A DNA stretch of 64,000 bases from Candidatus Kaiserbacteria bacterium CG10_big_fil_rev_8_21_14_0_10_47_16 (GCA_002773395.1 PFBI01000006.1:335860-399859); one strand, 5' to 3'. Shown: positions 17,031 to 27,594, counted from the stretch's first letter. Numbers and translations: made by a program. Notes: a model not told the origin generated them from the letters alone.

Positions 17031-18503
17031 ATGATCGTACGGTCTGATATTCCAAAAGAAGTACAGCTTGTCGCCGACACGCTTGAGAAAGCTGGGTTTG
17101 AAGCCTACCTCGTCGGTGGGTGTGTTCGTGACATGCTTATTGGTCGCACTCCGAAGGATTGGGACATCACAACCAACGCAAAACCTGAGGAAGTAACAGC
17201 TCTTTTTGAGGAAACATACAATAATAATGACTTTGGGACCGTTGGTGTCGTGAATCTAGAAACAGAGGATGAGAGCGTCCGTGTCGTCGAAGTAACGCCG
17301 TATCGCAGTGAATCTGGCTATTCTGACGCACGTCGTCCTGACACCGTCACCTTTGGTGTATCGCTTGAAGAAGACCTCGCGCGACGAGACTTCACCATCA
17401 ACGCCATCGCATTTCGCCTTAAGGATGAGCAAACGGTTGATATATTTGACGGGAGTGCTGATATCGCAGCAAAGCGCCTGACTGCAGTAGGGAACGCAGC
17501 GGAACGCTTTGGGGAAGATGCCCTCCGCATGCTCCGCGCAGTACGACTCAGTGTTGAACTCGATTTTGTTATCGAATCAGAAACAATGACTGCCATTGCC
17601 GAAAAGGGCTCCAACTTGAGCCTTATTTCAAAAGAACGCATCCGCGATGAGTTCTCACGAATCTTAAAGTCTTCGCAGCCAATGCAGGGCCTTATTCTCT
17701 GTGAAAAGCTTGGTTTACTTGCATATATTATGCCGGATCTCCTTCGTGGTATCGGTGTGGAACAAAACCAAGCCCACAGCTTCGACGTCTACGAACACAA
17801 CCTACGCACTATGCAACACGGCGCTGACAAAGAATGGGATTTTGATATCCGCCTCGCGGGACTCCTCCACGATATTTCAAAACCAGAGACACGAAAGTGG
17901 AGTAAGGAGAAGAACGACTGGACCTTCCACGGCCACGAGGTTGTCGGCGCACGAGTCGCAAAAAAGATCATGACGGATCTGAAGTTCCCGAAAGAGAAGA
18001 TCGCGCGTATCACTAAACTCGTCCGCTGGCACATGTTCTTTTCAGACCCTGATTTGATTACCCTTTCTGCGGTACGACGTATGATTCGCAACGTAGGGGA
18101 GGAGAATATCTGGGACCTGCTCAACCTCCGCATTTGTGACCGTATTGGTACTGGGCGGCCAAAGGAGCAGCCATTCCGCTTCCGCAAGTACAAATCAATG
18201 GTTGAAGAGGCGCTTAGAGATCCTATCTCAGTGAAGATGCTCAAGATTGACGGCGCTCGTATTATGGAAATAAGTAGTGAGAAACCAGGACCAAAGCTCG
18301 GAGACACCCTCCACGCACTCCTTGAGGAAGTACTCGACGACCCACAGAAGAACACCGCTGAATACCTAGAGGGACGCGCGCAAGAACTCATGGCGATGGA
18401 TGCAGCAGAACTAAGGAAGCTCGGTGATGCAGGGAAAGATAGACGAGAAGGGGAGGAAGCTGGCGAAATCCAGAAACTCCGCCGAAAACACAAAGTTGTA
18501 TAA
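17031..18503 (+). CDS. cca: CCA tRNA nucleotidyltransferase with HD domain
   Basis: LVGGCVRD...DWDI, RRDFTINA, EDALRMLR, LLHDI. Confidence 0.95.
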   Translation: MIVRSDIPKEVQLVADTLEKAGFEAYLVGGCVRDMLIGRTPKDWDITTNAKPEEVTALFEETYNNNDFGTVGVVNLETEDESVRVVEVTPYRSESGYSDARRPDTVTFGVSLEEDLARRDFTINAIAFRLKDEQTVDIFDGSADIAAKRLTAVGNAAERFGEDALRMLRAVRLSVELDFVIESETMTAIAEKGSNLSLISKERIRDEFSRILKSSQPMQGLILCEKLGLLAYIMPDLLRGIGVEQNQAHSFDVYEHNLRTMQHGADKEWDFDIRLAGLLHDISKPETRKWSKEKNDWTFHGHEVVGARVAKKIMTDLKFPKEKIARITKLVRWHMFFSDPDLITLSAVRRMIRNVGEENIWDLLNLRICDRIGTGRPKEQPFRFRKYKSMVEEALRDPISVKMLKIDGARIMEISSEKPGPKLGDTLHALLEEVLDDPQKNTAEYLEGRAQELMAMDAAELRKLGDAGKDRREGEEAGEIQKLRRKHKVV

Positions 18504-18574
18504 GAAAAGACCGAGCCTATAGGCTCGGTCTTTTCTTATGTATATAAACCTACGCTTGGCACTGAGATAGAAAA

Positions 18575-18999
18575 AAGCCCGCAGGGTTCGAAGGTCGAAT
18601 GGAATGTCCTTTACATGTCCTTTATTCGATTCCCGAACCCTGCGGGCTTATTTATGGGTGATCTACATAAGTATGTATTACTTATTTTTTGGCACGAGAT
18701 GTGCTGAATGAACTGTGAGTCGACGCGGGACGGAGTCCCTATAGGCCGAAGCGCATTGTGGCTCCGTCCGTGGGGTGGCGACTCATACTTTTTAGATGAT
18801 ACATATGTGAACCATCTAATAGTGGGATGTGAGTTATTTTGGAGGTTAACTCAATATTTTTGAACGAACTGTTTAGGGGGACATCCCCGCCTGCCCTCTC
18901 TGGGCCTGCGTATATAGTATGTCCTTTACAACAACGCGTAAAGGACAATCGTGTGCATAACTGTGTATAACATGTCCTTTATAAAAGACATGTCTTTTT
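18575..18999. repeat. ATGTCCTTTA repeat cluster with two DnaA-box-like sites
   Basis: Motif at 18604, 18615, 18919, 18972, inverted at 18939, variants at 18982 and 18990; TGTGCATAA at 18952 and TGTGTATAA at 18962. Confidence 0.75.
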
Positions 19000-19008
19000 G
19001 TGGCCTAT

Positions 19009-19806
19009 TTACTCGTCGATTGCGAGCTCAATAGATACGGGGCAGTGGTCACTTCCGGTCACTTCCGGGTGGATGTCAGCTTTTTTTATGATTGAGACCA
19101 GTGCTTCGGATGCGAGGATGTAATCAATTCTCCATCCTACGTTTCGCTCGCGTGCACCACCCCAGTGTGACCACCATGTGTAGAAACCATTCCCTTTGTG
19201 AAACAGTCTGAAGGTATCGACAAATCCGCCGTCCACAAATGCATCGAACCCTGCACGTTCTTCATCGGTAAATCCTTTCTTCCCCTTGTTCTCTTTCGGG
19301 CGGGCGAGGTCATCTTCTGTGTGTGCCACGTTGTAGTCACCGCAGTGAATGACTGGTTTCTCAGATTCAAGACGTTTCATGTACTCAAAGAATGCAGGAT
19401 CCCATTGCTGCCGCATTGGAATACGTGACAGATCGTCCTTTGCGTTTGGTGTATATACCGTTACCACGTAGAAATGTTCGAATTCGAGGGCTAATACACG
19501 ACCTTCTTTGATTGTGTCACCATATCCATCAGAGAGTTGATACTTCTCAATAAGATCTTCCGGGAAACCGTGCATTACGTTTTCAGGGGCTTGTTTGGTG
19601 AATATTGCCGTTCCTGAGTATCCTTTACGGTCTGCAGAGTTCCAGTATTCATCGTAATCCGGTAAATCAATCTCTACCTGATCTTGGTTTGCCTTCGTCT
19701 CTTGGAGACAAAGAATGTCTGGCTGATGCTTCTCGATGAAGGGAAGGAGCTCTTCTTTTTTCAAAACTGCACGAATACCGTTTACGTTCCACGAATAGAT
19801 TTTCAT
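19009..19806 (-). CDS. xth: Exodeoxyribonuclease III
   Basis: SWNVNG, LCLQETK, GDYNVAH, GWRIDY, SDHCP. Confidence 0.96.
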   Translation of the reverse strand: MKIYSWNVNGIRAVLKKEELLPFIEKHQPDILCLQETKANQDQVEIDLPDYDEYWNSADRKGYSGTAIFTKQAPENVMHGFPEDLIEKYQLSDGYGDTIKEGRVLALEFEHFYVVTVYTPNAKDDLSRIPMRQQWDPAFFEYMKRLESEKPVIHCGDYNVAHTEDDLARPKENKGKKGFTDEERAGFDAFVDGGFVDTFRLFHKGNGFYTWWSHWGGARERNVGWRIDYILASEALVSIIKKADIHPEVTGSDHCPVSIELAIDE

Positions 19807-19995
19807 CTTGATAGTATACCCGTGAAACGTTGCAGTGAACAAACCCTTGCATTTTTACACACATATGCTTTAATTGTCGCAACAAAGCGGCACTCCTCCT
19901 CTGAGAGTTCTCACAAAGAAGTAGATCAGGTGCGGGTAAGTTTTGTGGCAGATGGTGTTATATCCAATGCTCTTATTCACTAAGAACAAAGAACA

Positions 19996-20199
19996 ATGAC
20001 AGGCAAGATTGCACGTCTTACAGATCGCGGATTCGGATTCATTACTCCGGACGGCGACGATAAGGATGTGTTCTTCCACGCTCGTTCACTTTCTGAAGGT
20101 CTTCTCTACGATGACCTAAAGGAAGGCGAGGCAGTTACGTTTGATCTTGAGAATGGTCCAAAAGGCCCTTCTGCAGCAAACGTAGCTCGACCAGCGTAA
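19996..20199 (+). CDS. Cold-shock protein
   Basis: RGFGFI and DVFFH (RNP1/RNP2). Confidence 0.95.
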   Translation: MTGKIARLTDRGFGFITPDGDDKDVFFHARSLSEGLLYDDLKEGEAVTFDLENGPKGPSAANVARPA

Positions 20200-20316
20200 G
20201 CTCGGTACGGGAGACAAGGAAAAGCGCTGTGAGCCTCGGCTCACAGCGCTTTTCCGTTATTCTTTCATCCCCGCGGTATACTACTGCTATACCCGTAACA
20301 CCGTAATCACACACCT

Positions 20317-20550
20317 ATGAAAGTTGTTTTAATTATTCTTATTCTTATCATCGTCTTTGGGGGAGGGTGGTATCTCATCAATTCTTCGAAGACTGCCATG
20401 GCACCTGAAGAAACCGCGAACGACACTGCATCAACAACAATGTCTGACGAGTCGGCGAGCGCCGCTACCGTGGACAGTAGCGCAGAAGCAAACTTTGGTA
20501 CTGATGCTGGTATGGAACTCCCGATTCCTGACGATGAGTCGAATTTCTAG
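20317..20550 (+). CDS. Small membrane-anchored acidic protein
   Basis: N-terminal TM followed by a low-complexity acidic tail. Confidence 0.65.
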   Translation: MKVVLIILILIIVFGGGWYLINSSKTAMAPEETANDTASTTMSDESASAATVDSSAEANFGTDAGMELPIPDDESNF

Positions 20551-20599
20551 TGACTACGTAAAAAGGCGCGAGGGCGAAAGCCCTCGCGCCTTTTTACTA

Positions 20600-21523
20600 T
20601 TAGTTCGAGTGGAACTTTTTATGCACTTCTCGGAGGTGTTTGTCGGTTACGTGTGTATATATCTGTGTTGTCGCAATATTTGCATGCCCCAACAGCGCTT
20701 GCACAGAGCGCAGGTCGGCGCCGTTTGAGAGGAGGTCTGTCGCAAAACTGTGACGGATAACGTGCGGCGTTACCTTGCGGGTAATTCCTGCAATAGTGGC
20801 GTACCGTTTAATGATGCGCTGTACGCTTCGTGGTGTCAGTCGTAAATCTTTATTGTCTTTTTGTGTCATCTTTGCGTTCTTCCCATACTGAATAAAGAGT
20901 GCGTCATCCATATCCTTTCGTGACTTCACGTATTCACGAATTGACTGTTTTGCTTTGTCAGAGAGAAAGACCACGCGAATTTTATCACCCTTCCCGCGTA
21001 TAGAGAACTCATCACGTGAGAGATCAACATCTTCAATAGAGAGGCCGCAGAGCTCCGAGACGCGGAGCCCGGTTGAAAACAAGAGCTCAAGAATGGCTTT
21101 ATCGCGCAGTCCTTGCTCGGTAGCACGATCGGGCGCATTCATAAGACGGCTGAGTTCTGCAGGAGAAATAAGGTCGAGTGACCGTTCAGGAACCTTCGCC
21201 AACTCAATACGTTCTGGATCGAGCGAGGAAATGTTCCGTTTTCGGAGATATTTCAGAAAGGCGCGGAGCGCAATCAGGTAGTAATTCTGTGTTCGTCGCT
21301 TCAACGTATCGGTTGTTCTTCCCGTTTTTGTCCCCGGCTGACGATTGAGCCACAGGCGGTACTCACGCACCATGCTTTCAGTAACTTTTTTTGGGTCAGT
21401 TACTTTTGCGTAGTCCAAAAAACGGGTGAGGTATCGATCATAGTTTGATACGGTATGAATACTTCGTCCACGCTCAATTTCGAGGTATTCCAAAAATTGT
21501 TGTTTTGCTTCCGCGAGGTTCAT
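20600..21523 (-). CDS. XerC/XerD-family tyrosine recombinase
   Basis: TGLRVSEL, GKGDKIR, HVIRHSFAT, LGHANIATTQIY. Confidence 0.95.
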   Translation of the reverse strand: MNLAEAKQQFLEYLEIERGRSIHTVSNYDRYLTRFLDYAKVTDPKKVTESMVREYRLWLNRQPGTKTGRTTDTLKRRTQNYYLIALRAFLKYLRKRNISSLDPERIELAKVPERSLDLISPAELSRLMNAPDRATEQGLRDKAILELLFSTGLRVSELCGLSIEDVDLSRDEFSIRGKGDKIRVVFLSDKAKQSIREYVKSRKDMDDALFIQYGKNAKMTQKDNKDLRLTPRSVQRIIKRYATIAGITRKVTPHVIRHSFATDLLSNGADLRSVQALLGHANIATTQIYTHVTDKHLREVHKKFHSN

Positions 21524-21613
21524 ATATAGCAGTATTGTAGCACTCCATTCCACAGCAACTGCACCGCTGCACTCGCTGTGTAACGTATACTATATATGTA
21601 ACAAACACACGTC

Positions 21614-22492
21614 GTGAGTAGTCGTATTCGTATTGGAGTAGCACTGGTAGTTGGAGTCGTCATCATCGGCGGGGCCTTTTATCTACGCGGACAAACAGAA
21701 GTATTGCCCACAGGAATTCTCTCTGTTTCTGGCAGCCCTACTCGCGGGTCTATTGCCGAGACCGACAAAAACAACAACGGTATCAACGACTGGGAGGAGT
21801 CATTGCAAACTCTCACCATCAACTCTGCATCGAAAACCGGCACCGCGATCGCGGCAGGCGGTGACTACGAGCCTAAAACGTTGACCGATCGTTTTGCTCA
21901 AAAGTTTTTTGAAGAATATACAACCTCAGACGCAAGCGGTTCCTCCGACCCAGCTGCGCAGCAGGCCTTTTTAAATTCTTCTATCGCACAGCTCAGCGGG
22001 GAAGCGTTGGACACACCCTACACACAAAAAGATATTCGTATCGGCGATTCTTCACCACAAGCCCTGCGCGATTACGGAAATAATATTTCAGACATTGTGA
22101 ATCGTTACTCGGGTGCGAGTACAGAAAACGAACTTACCGTATTTGCCCGTGTCATCGACAATGACAATGCGAAAGATTACCAAACACTTACAAACATCAG
22201 TACCGCATATAGCAAGGTTCTTGCTGATACACTGGTACTAGCGGTACCACCCGAACTTGCTTCTTCGCATCTCCTTCTTGTGAATGCGTATCTTGCTGTT
22301 CAGGCCGATGTCGCCGCAATGGCAAATGCAAAAACTGACCCACTCTACGCTCTCGTACGTGTAAAGCGATACGAGGAAGACGCCAAAGCGCTGTACGCCG
22401 TTTTCAATACCATATATTCGTACCTCTACTCAAGTGGCGTACGATACGCGAGCGATGAACCGGGATCAATATTCCAAGTAGCAGGGAACTAG
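21614..22492 (+). CDS. Membrane-anchored hypothetical protein (first gene of T4SS-like cluster)
   Basis: N-terminal TM, DKNNNGINDWEE Ca-binding-like loop, helical C-terminus. Confidence 0.75.
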   Translation: MSSRIRIGVALVVGVVIIGGAFYLRGQTEVLPTGILSVSGSPTRGSIAETDKNNNGINDWEESLQTLTINSASKTGTAIAAGGDYEPKTLTDRFAQKFFEEYTTSDASGSSDPAAQQAFLNSSIAQLSGEALDTPYTQKDIRIGDSSPQALRDYGNNISDIVNRYSGASTENELTVFARVIDNDNAKDYQTLTNISTAYSKVLADTLVLAVPPELASSHLLLVNAYLAVQADVAAMANAKTDPLYALVRVKRYEEDAKALYAVFNTIYSYLYSSGVRYASDEPGSIFQVAGN

Positions 22493-22498
22493 CACACT

Positions 22499-23881
22499 AT
22501 GACGGACACAACACCAACACAAAAAAACAGGTGGTCTCTCGCACGATATGCCGTTACCTTGGTTCTTATTTTGTCTTTTGCTGCGGCTCCACTTTCAATA
22601 ACATCCTCGCTCCATATACAAAAACAAGAAGCTGCTGCGCAGTGGTCGGTACTTGATGCCGCCAACCTTGTGAAGAACACGTTCGTTGCCGCAATCCAAA
22701 ATTCACTTCAAGTAAAGGAGTTCTCTCTCGACGCGATTGCATACGCACTTGCGAAGCAGGCAATTCAATCAATGACGACGAGTATTGTGCAGTGGATTAA
22801 CTCCGGCTTTAAGGGGAGTCCTGCCTTCGTCCAAAACCTCGAGTTCCATTTAAACTATCTGGCCGACCGTGTGGCGTCTGAATTCTTCTCTGAGCTCGGA
22901 GGTGGATTTCTCTGTGCGCCATTCCAACTCAATGTGCGTGCTGCAATTTCTTTGCAGTACAACAATAATAAATACTACAAGAACCGCGGACAGTGCAGCC
23001 TCTCAAGCGTCGCTGCAAATATTGAAAACTTTGGTAAGGCGGGCGTCACCTCAAGTTGGGGGAACTTCATGCAAGTGGCAATGTACCCACAAAACAATCC
23101 GTACGGATCAATGGCACTCGCACAACAGGAACTGACCCTCCGTATTGTGAACGCGCGCAATCAGGAAGTTGAACTTCTTAGTTTCGGTGACGGATTCCTT
23201 TCGTACCGCGATACAGAGGACGCATGGTGTATAGGACAACCGGTTGAGAAGTGTCCTGTTATAACACCGGGGAAGGTTATCTCTGAACAGCTCAACAAAT
23301 CGCTTGGCGCAGGTCAGGATGTATTGGTAAGTGCCGACGAAATCAACGAAATAATCGGTGCACTCTTTGCGCAACTCACGACACAAGCTATCACCGGAGT
23401 AAACGGACTCCTCGGGGTTTCTTCAGGCCAGAACGGTAGTCAATCGTATCTCAATCAGGTAAACAGTGACAAAACGAAAGTAGGATACGACGCTTCAAGT
23501 TACACAAACGTGACTCAAACCCTTCAAACCGAACAGACCTTCCTCAGTCTCAACGAACAAATTGTGACCACAATAAATGGCGCTGCGACGCTTTCGTGTT
23601 CACAGTCACTCCCAACAAGTCTTGTGACTGCACGATCAACTGCATCGGCTGCGGTCACCAGCACTCGCACAAACGTTTCTCGCCTTGAAGGGTTCCAGAG
23701 TCAATTAAGCGGAACGTCAAATTCTAAGGAACAAGAAACGATCTTCTCACAGTTCCAAGCATTTGCATCATCTGGAGTACTTCATTCACCAGCTACCGTT
23801 ACAAGTCTCCAGAATACGGTCGATAGTATTACTGCTGCAGTCACCAGTTACGAGGCGTCATACTGTAAAACAACTCCATAA
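22499..23881 (+). CDS. Secreted protein of T4SS-like cluster (VirB5/TrbJ-like N-terminus)
   Basis: Signal peptide ending AAA-QWSVLDAAN; WINSGFKGSPAFV and ITPG motifs. Confidence 0.6.
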   Translation: MTDTTPTQKNRWSLARYAVTLVLILSFAAAPLSITSSLHIQKQEAAAQWSVLDAANLVKNTFVAAIQNSLQVKEFSLDAIAYALAKQAIQSMTTSIVQWINSGFKGSPAFVQNLEFHLNYLADRVASEFFSELGGGFLCAPFQLNVRAAISLQYNNNKYYKNRGQCSLSSVAANIENFGKAGVTSSWGNFMQVAMYPQNNPYGSMALAQQELTLRIVNARNQEVELLSFGDGFLSYRDTEDAWCIGQPVEKCPVITPGKVISEQLNKSLGAGQDVLVSADEINEIIGALFAQLTTQAITGVNGLLGVSSGQNGSQSYLNQVNSDKTKVGYDASSYTNVTQTLQTEQTFLSLNEQIVTTINGAATLSCSQSLPTSLVTARSTASAAVTSTRTNVSRLEGFQSQLSGTSNSKEQETIFSQFQAFASSGVLHSPATVTSLQNTVDSITAAVTSYEASYCKTTP

Positions 23882-23883
23882 GT

Positions 23884-25971
23884 ATGTTCTCTTTTGCTCA
23901 CAACAAAAAACATCTCCTCATAGCTGCTCTTTTTGTGTGTTCACTTGCATTCACGGCGTTGAGCGCCCCCCAATACGCACATGCACAAACACCTGCCGCA
24001 CAACCCGCGGCAACCACTGGAACTGCCGCAACTCCAACAGCAACTGCACCCGCTGCAGCTACCACTGAGAGCCCAAAAGAGACAGGGGGAGGGGTAGGGA
24101 GTTTCCTTGGGAACCTCGTACTCAGTCTCGGTGGTGCTATCGCCGGTCTTGGCGGATGGCTTCTTGATGGAGCGATTGATAAGTTTGTCATCCACATTGC
24201 CGACGGCCTTCATGCAAACGAACCTCTCGGCAAGGCGATCTCAACACTCTGGACCGTCGTGCGCGACATAGTGAACCTCGTATTCATTTTCGGGTTTGTG
24301 TACATTGGTATTCGCACCATCATCGATCCGAGTCGAGCACAAACAAAGTCCTTCCTCTCGCAACTCGTTGTTGCTGCACTCCTCGTCAACTTTAGTCTCT
24401 TCTTTGTAAAGTTTGTGATCGATATCGCAAATGTCACCTCGCTCGAAATTTATAATCTTATTGGGGGTGGGCAGGGGAATATCGCGGCGCAGTTTGCGGC
24501 GCATGTTGGCGTGCCCGACTGGTTTACAGCAAAAGACCCTGAGCAACTTGCACAACTTTCTGGCGAAACCGCCCTTGTCTACTACATTATGGCAGCCCTC
24601 TTCCTCATCATTGCCGGATTCACCTTTGCTGCTGGTGCATTCCTCCTCGTCTCCCGCTACATCGTGCTCATTCTCCTCATGATTTTTTCACCGCTTATCT
24701 TTGCGGCAATGGTGTTCCCACAACTCGGAAAAATCGGAGGCGGCCTCATGGGAAGACTCATCAACTATGCCTTCATGGCGCCCGCCTATCTTTTCTTACT
24801 CTATCTCTCACTCTCAGTGGTTGTCGCAGCGAGCCCTAGTAAGGCAACAAGTATTCGTGATGTCTTCGCAGGAGGTATCAATGGCTCGAGTACCAATGGT
24901 GATATTTCAATCATTCTCGTCTTCTTTATTGGTATTGGACTGCTCATCGCTTCACTCCAAGCCGCAAAGGCGCTTGGGGTCGCCGGATCCCAACAAACAC
25001 TTAAGTTTGGGAATTATCTTCGTGGACAAGCCCAAAGCTTTGTTGGTAGAAACACTGTAGGTCGTGCCGGCGACATGGCTTTGAAAGCGTATGAAAAGGT
25101 GGACGCAAAAGCGACGAGTTCGAAGACTGGGCGATTCCTTCGCGGAGCCGTTTCTGTTGCATCTGTTGGTGTCCTGAGTGACCGAAGTGTCCGCACAGGT
25201 CTGCAAAAAACTTCTGGCGCGAAATTCGGTGGGACAACTTCGTTTACTGACGCTAAAAAGTATGATGAGGATCTCAGTAAACGACGCTCTGGTCTGCGCG
25301 CTGAGATGCAACGCGAAAAAGATATTGAAAAAGGTATTGGTCTTGCGAATACTGATCTTAGTAAACTTTCTGAAGATGAGAAGAAAGTCCATTCAGAGGA
25401 CATGCAAAAGATGGTTGATGCCATTGAGGATCTTACTGCAGACCAAATGAAAGACCTCGAGCTCAACATTCTTACAAATGAGGATGTGGCTGTGCACCTT
25501 TCAATGAAACAAATTGAAGGTCTTGAAAAGACTGGTAAGTACTCTGACGCTCAAATTGAAAGTATTAAGGACGCCAAGAAAGCTGGTACACGTGCCATTG
25601 CGCTCAACACAAACGGTCGCGGTGAAATGAAGGTTGGTGGCCGAACGCAGCAAGAGCGACTGGTAAAGCAAAATGTAAACGACGTTGGCGCTCTCCATGT
25701 TTCAATCTTCAAAGCTCGCGATATGGCAAGATACCTTACTCCGGCAATGGTTGAGGCTCGCATGCAGCGTGGCATCACTGAACAAGATCTCTTTGATCCG
25801 AATGAGAAGGACCCTGACCAAGTGGGTATCCGGCAAAGTCTTAATACGTACCTCAATGATACCGACACCCCACAGAGTGTTATTCAGCAGTGGGCTAAGT
25901 GGAAAGAGAAGTCACCGGTATACGCAGCGCGCCTTAATCTCGACATTCCTGACTCCTCAACGAATAATTAG
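23884..25971 (+). CDS. VirB6/TrbL-like polytopic membrane protein
   Basis: WTVVRDIVN...LLVNFSLF, many TMs, RYIVLILLMIFSPL, long charged C-tail. Confidence 0.7.
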   Translation: MFSFAHNKKHLLIAALFVCSLAFTALSAPQYAHAQTPAAQPAATTGTAATPTATAPAAATTESPKETGGGVGSFLGNLVLSLGGAIAGLGGWLLDGAIDKFVIHIADGLHANEPLGKAISTLWTVVRDIVNLVFIFGFVYIGIRTIIDPSRAQTKSFLSQLVVAALLVNFSLFFVKFVIDIANVTSLEIYNLIGGGQGNIAAQFAAHVGVPDWFTAKDPEQLAQLSGETALVYYIMAALFLIIAGFTFAAGAFLLVSRYIVLILLMIFSPLIFAAMVFPQLGKIGGGLMGRLINYAFMAPAYLFLLYLSLSVVVAASPSKATSIRDVFAGGINGSSTNGDISIILVFFIGIGLLIASLQAAKALGVAGSQQTLKFGNYLRGQAQSFVGRNTVGRAGDMALKAYEKVDAKATSSKTGRFLRGAVSVASVGVLSDRSVRTGLQKTSGAKFGGTTSFTDAKKYDEDLSKRRSGLRAEMQREKDIEKGIGLANTDLSKLSEDEKKVHSEDMQKMVDAIEDLTADQMKDLELNILTNEDVAVHLSMKQIEGLEKTGKYSDAQIESIKDAKKAGTRAIALNTNGRGEMKVGGRTQQERLVKQNVNDVGALHVSIFKARDMARYLTPAMVEARMQRGITEQDLFDPNEKDPDQVGIRQSLNTYLNDTDTPQSVIQQWAKWKEKSPVYAARLNLDIPDSSTNN

Positions 25972-25980
25972 TATCGGCAT

Positions 25981-26451
25981 ATGAATTCAAATTGGGATAC
26001 CTTTCAAGAAAAATATAGAGCGGCTCCACCGCACATTCAGAATATTATAGATTCTGATGTGATCTTACTTTTCGTGAGAAAAATTAAATCCGCATGCGAT
26101 TTGCCTGTTCTAAAAACAGACGACCTAATAATTCTAGTCAGTGACTGTGTACTTGGAATACAAAAACCTGAAGAGCTTTTTAACTCGGAGATTTTTGCAG
26201 CCGTCTCGGCAGAGAAGCGGGGGAAGGTGATTGATATGATTAACGATTTTGTAAAAAATCCTCCAAGTGTGCCTACCTCCGCTGCAGATCCTGTGGAAAT
26301 TGCACCTGTTGCAGCACTGGATCAAGATTCTGCGAATGTCACTCAAAGTGAACCTCCAAAGACTCCTTCGCCTGGACCTACTCAGCTGCCGCAGCGGTAC
26401 ATGAAGCCGCTCACTGAGATGCCGCGATATGACGATAAGGGTCGGCGGTAG
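25981..26451 (+). CDS. Hypothetical protein with Pro-rich tail
   Basis: Co-oriented ORF filling the gap in the cluster. Confidence 0.65.
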   Translation: MNSNWDTFQEKYRAAPPHIQNIIDSDVILLFVRKIKSACDLPVLKTDDLIILVSDCVLGIQKPEELFNSEIFAAVSAEKRGKVIDMINDFVKNPPSVPTSAADPVEIAPVAALDQDSANVTQSEPPKTPSPGPTQLPQRYMKPLTEMPRYDDKGRR

Positions 26452-26515
26452 TCTCTCGAGAATCTTTCAACGTCGTCACTTCAGATTTCTGGTTCGACTG
26501 TTGTACAATGGATGA

Positions 26516-26947
26516 ATGCGCTTTGAGGTACCACAGTTTATTGAAATCGAAGACAAGATCATTGGCCCATTCACGTGGAAGCAATTCATTTATATTGCTG
26601 GCGGTGGGGGAGCGGTACTTGTGTTGTATTTCACCCTTCCGTTTATACTCTTCGCCATACTTGGTGTTCCGATTGCGGCACTTGCGGGCTTCCTCGCATT
26701 CCACAAAATAAACAATCGGCCCTTCTCAGTCTTCCTTGAATCAATGGTAAGCTATTTTATGGGGAACAAGCTGTACCTATGGAAGAAAAAACAAGGTCAA
26801 ATCATTACCGCAGAGAAGACGCTCTATAAAAGTCCTGTTGCAGAAGCTCCAACATCATCACCTGTTCCAGGGAATGACAATATTTCTTCACTTGCGCGCA
26901 AGCTTGAGATGAATGCACTTGAGAACCCTACCCCTGACCAACAATAA
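26516..26947 (+). CDS. PrgI-family protein (VirB3-like)
   Basis: VPQFIEIEDKIIGPFTWKQF, two TMs, NRPF. Confidence 0.9.
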   Translation: MRFEVPQFIEIEDKIIGPFTWKQFIYIAGGGGAVLVLYFTLPFILFAILGVPIAALAGFLAFHKINNRPFSVFLESMVSYFMGNKLYLWKKKQGQIITAEKTLYKSPVAEAPTSSPVPGNDNISSLARKLEMNALENPTPDQQ

Positions 26948-26952
26948 CTACT

Positions 26953-27594
26953 ATGCCTTCTTCAACGAAACAAACCTCAGCACAAGACTTTGTACCGATC
27001 GCCGACATTAGAGACGGTGTCGTTATTTTAAAAGATGGCCAGATGTGCAGTGTTCTCCTTGCCTCATCAATCAACTTCGCGCTCAAATCGACCGACGAAC
27101 AAACTGCCATCTTGGCGCAGTTCCAAGCATTCCTCAACACCCTCGATTTTTCAATACAAATGCACGTCGAGTCGAGACGTCTCGATATTCGACCGTATCT
27201 TGAGATGCTCGCGACCCGCGAGAGTACCCAATACAACGATCTCATGCGCACACAGCTTCGCGAATACATGGAGTTTATTCGTTCATTTACTGAAGAGGTG
27301 GATATCATGGCGAAGCGCTTTTTCCTTGTCATTCCGTACAGCCCGACGACAACCAACGTGCGGAGCAACATCACAAGCTTCCTTGGGCGTCGGTCTACGG
27401 CACCCTTTGATGCAAACCGCTTCCGTGAGCATCAAACCCAACTCGAGCAACGCGTTGATGTGGTCACACAAGGGCTCGCACGTATTGGTGTGAAGACACT
27501 TCCACTCGGAACCGACGAGCTCACCGAACTCTATTACCACATCTTTAATCCGGGGGAGCAGTCGGCTGCACCACGCCCAACAAATGCTATATGA
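26953..27594 (+). CDS. TraC/VirB4 N-terminal-like protein
   Basis: IRDGVVILKDG...SINFALKS..EQ...FLNTLDF. Confidence 0.8.
   Translation: MPSSTKQTSAQDFVPIADIRDGVVILKDGQMCSVLLASSINFALKSTDEQTAILAQFQAFLNTLDFSIQMHVESRRLDIRPYLEMLATRESTQYNDLMRTQLREYMEFIRSFTEEVDIMAKRFFLVIPYSPTTTNVRSNITSFLGRRSTAPFDANRFREHQTQLEQRVDVVTQGLARIGVKTLPLGTDELTELYYHIFNPGEQSAAPRPTNAI

Noticed and set aside
18657-18690. dif-like sequence (CTACATAA-GTATGT-ATTACTTA) near the Xer recombinase
   Set aside because: The arms are poorly palindromic, the XerD arm does not match TTATGTTAAAT, and the site is near dnaA rather than the terminus
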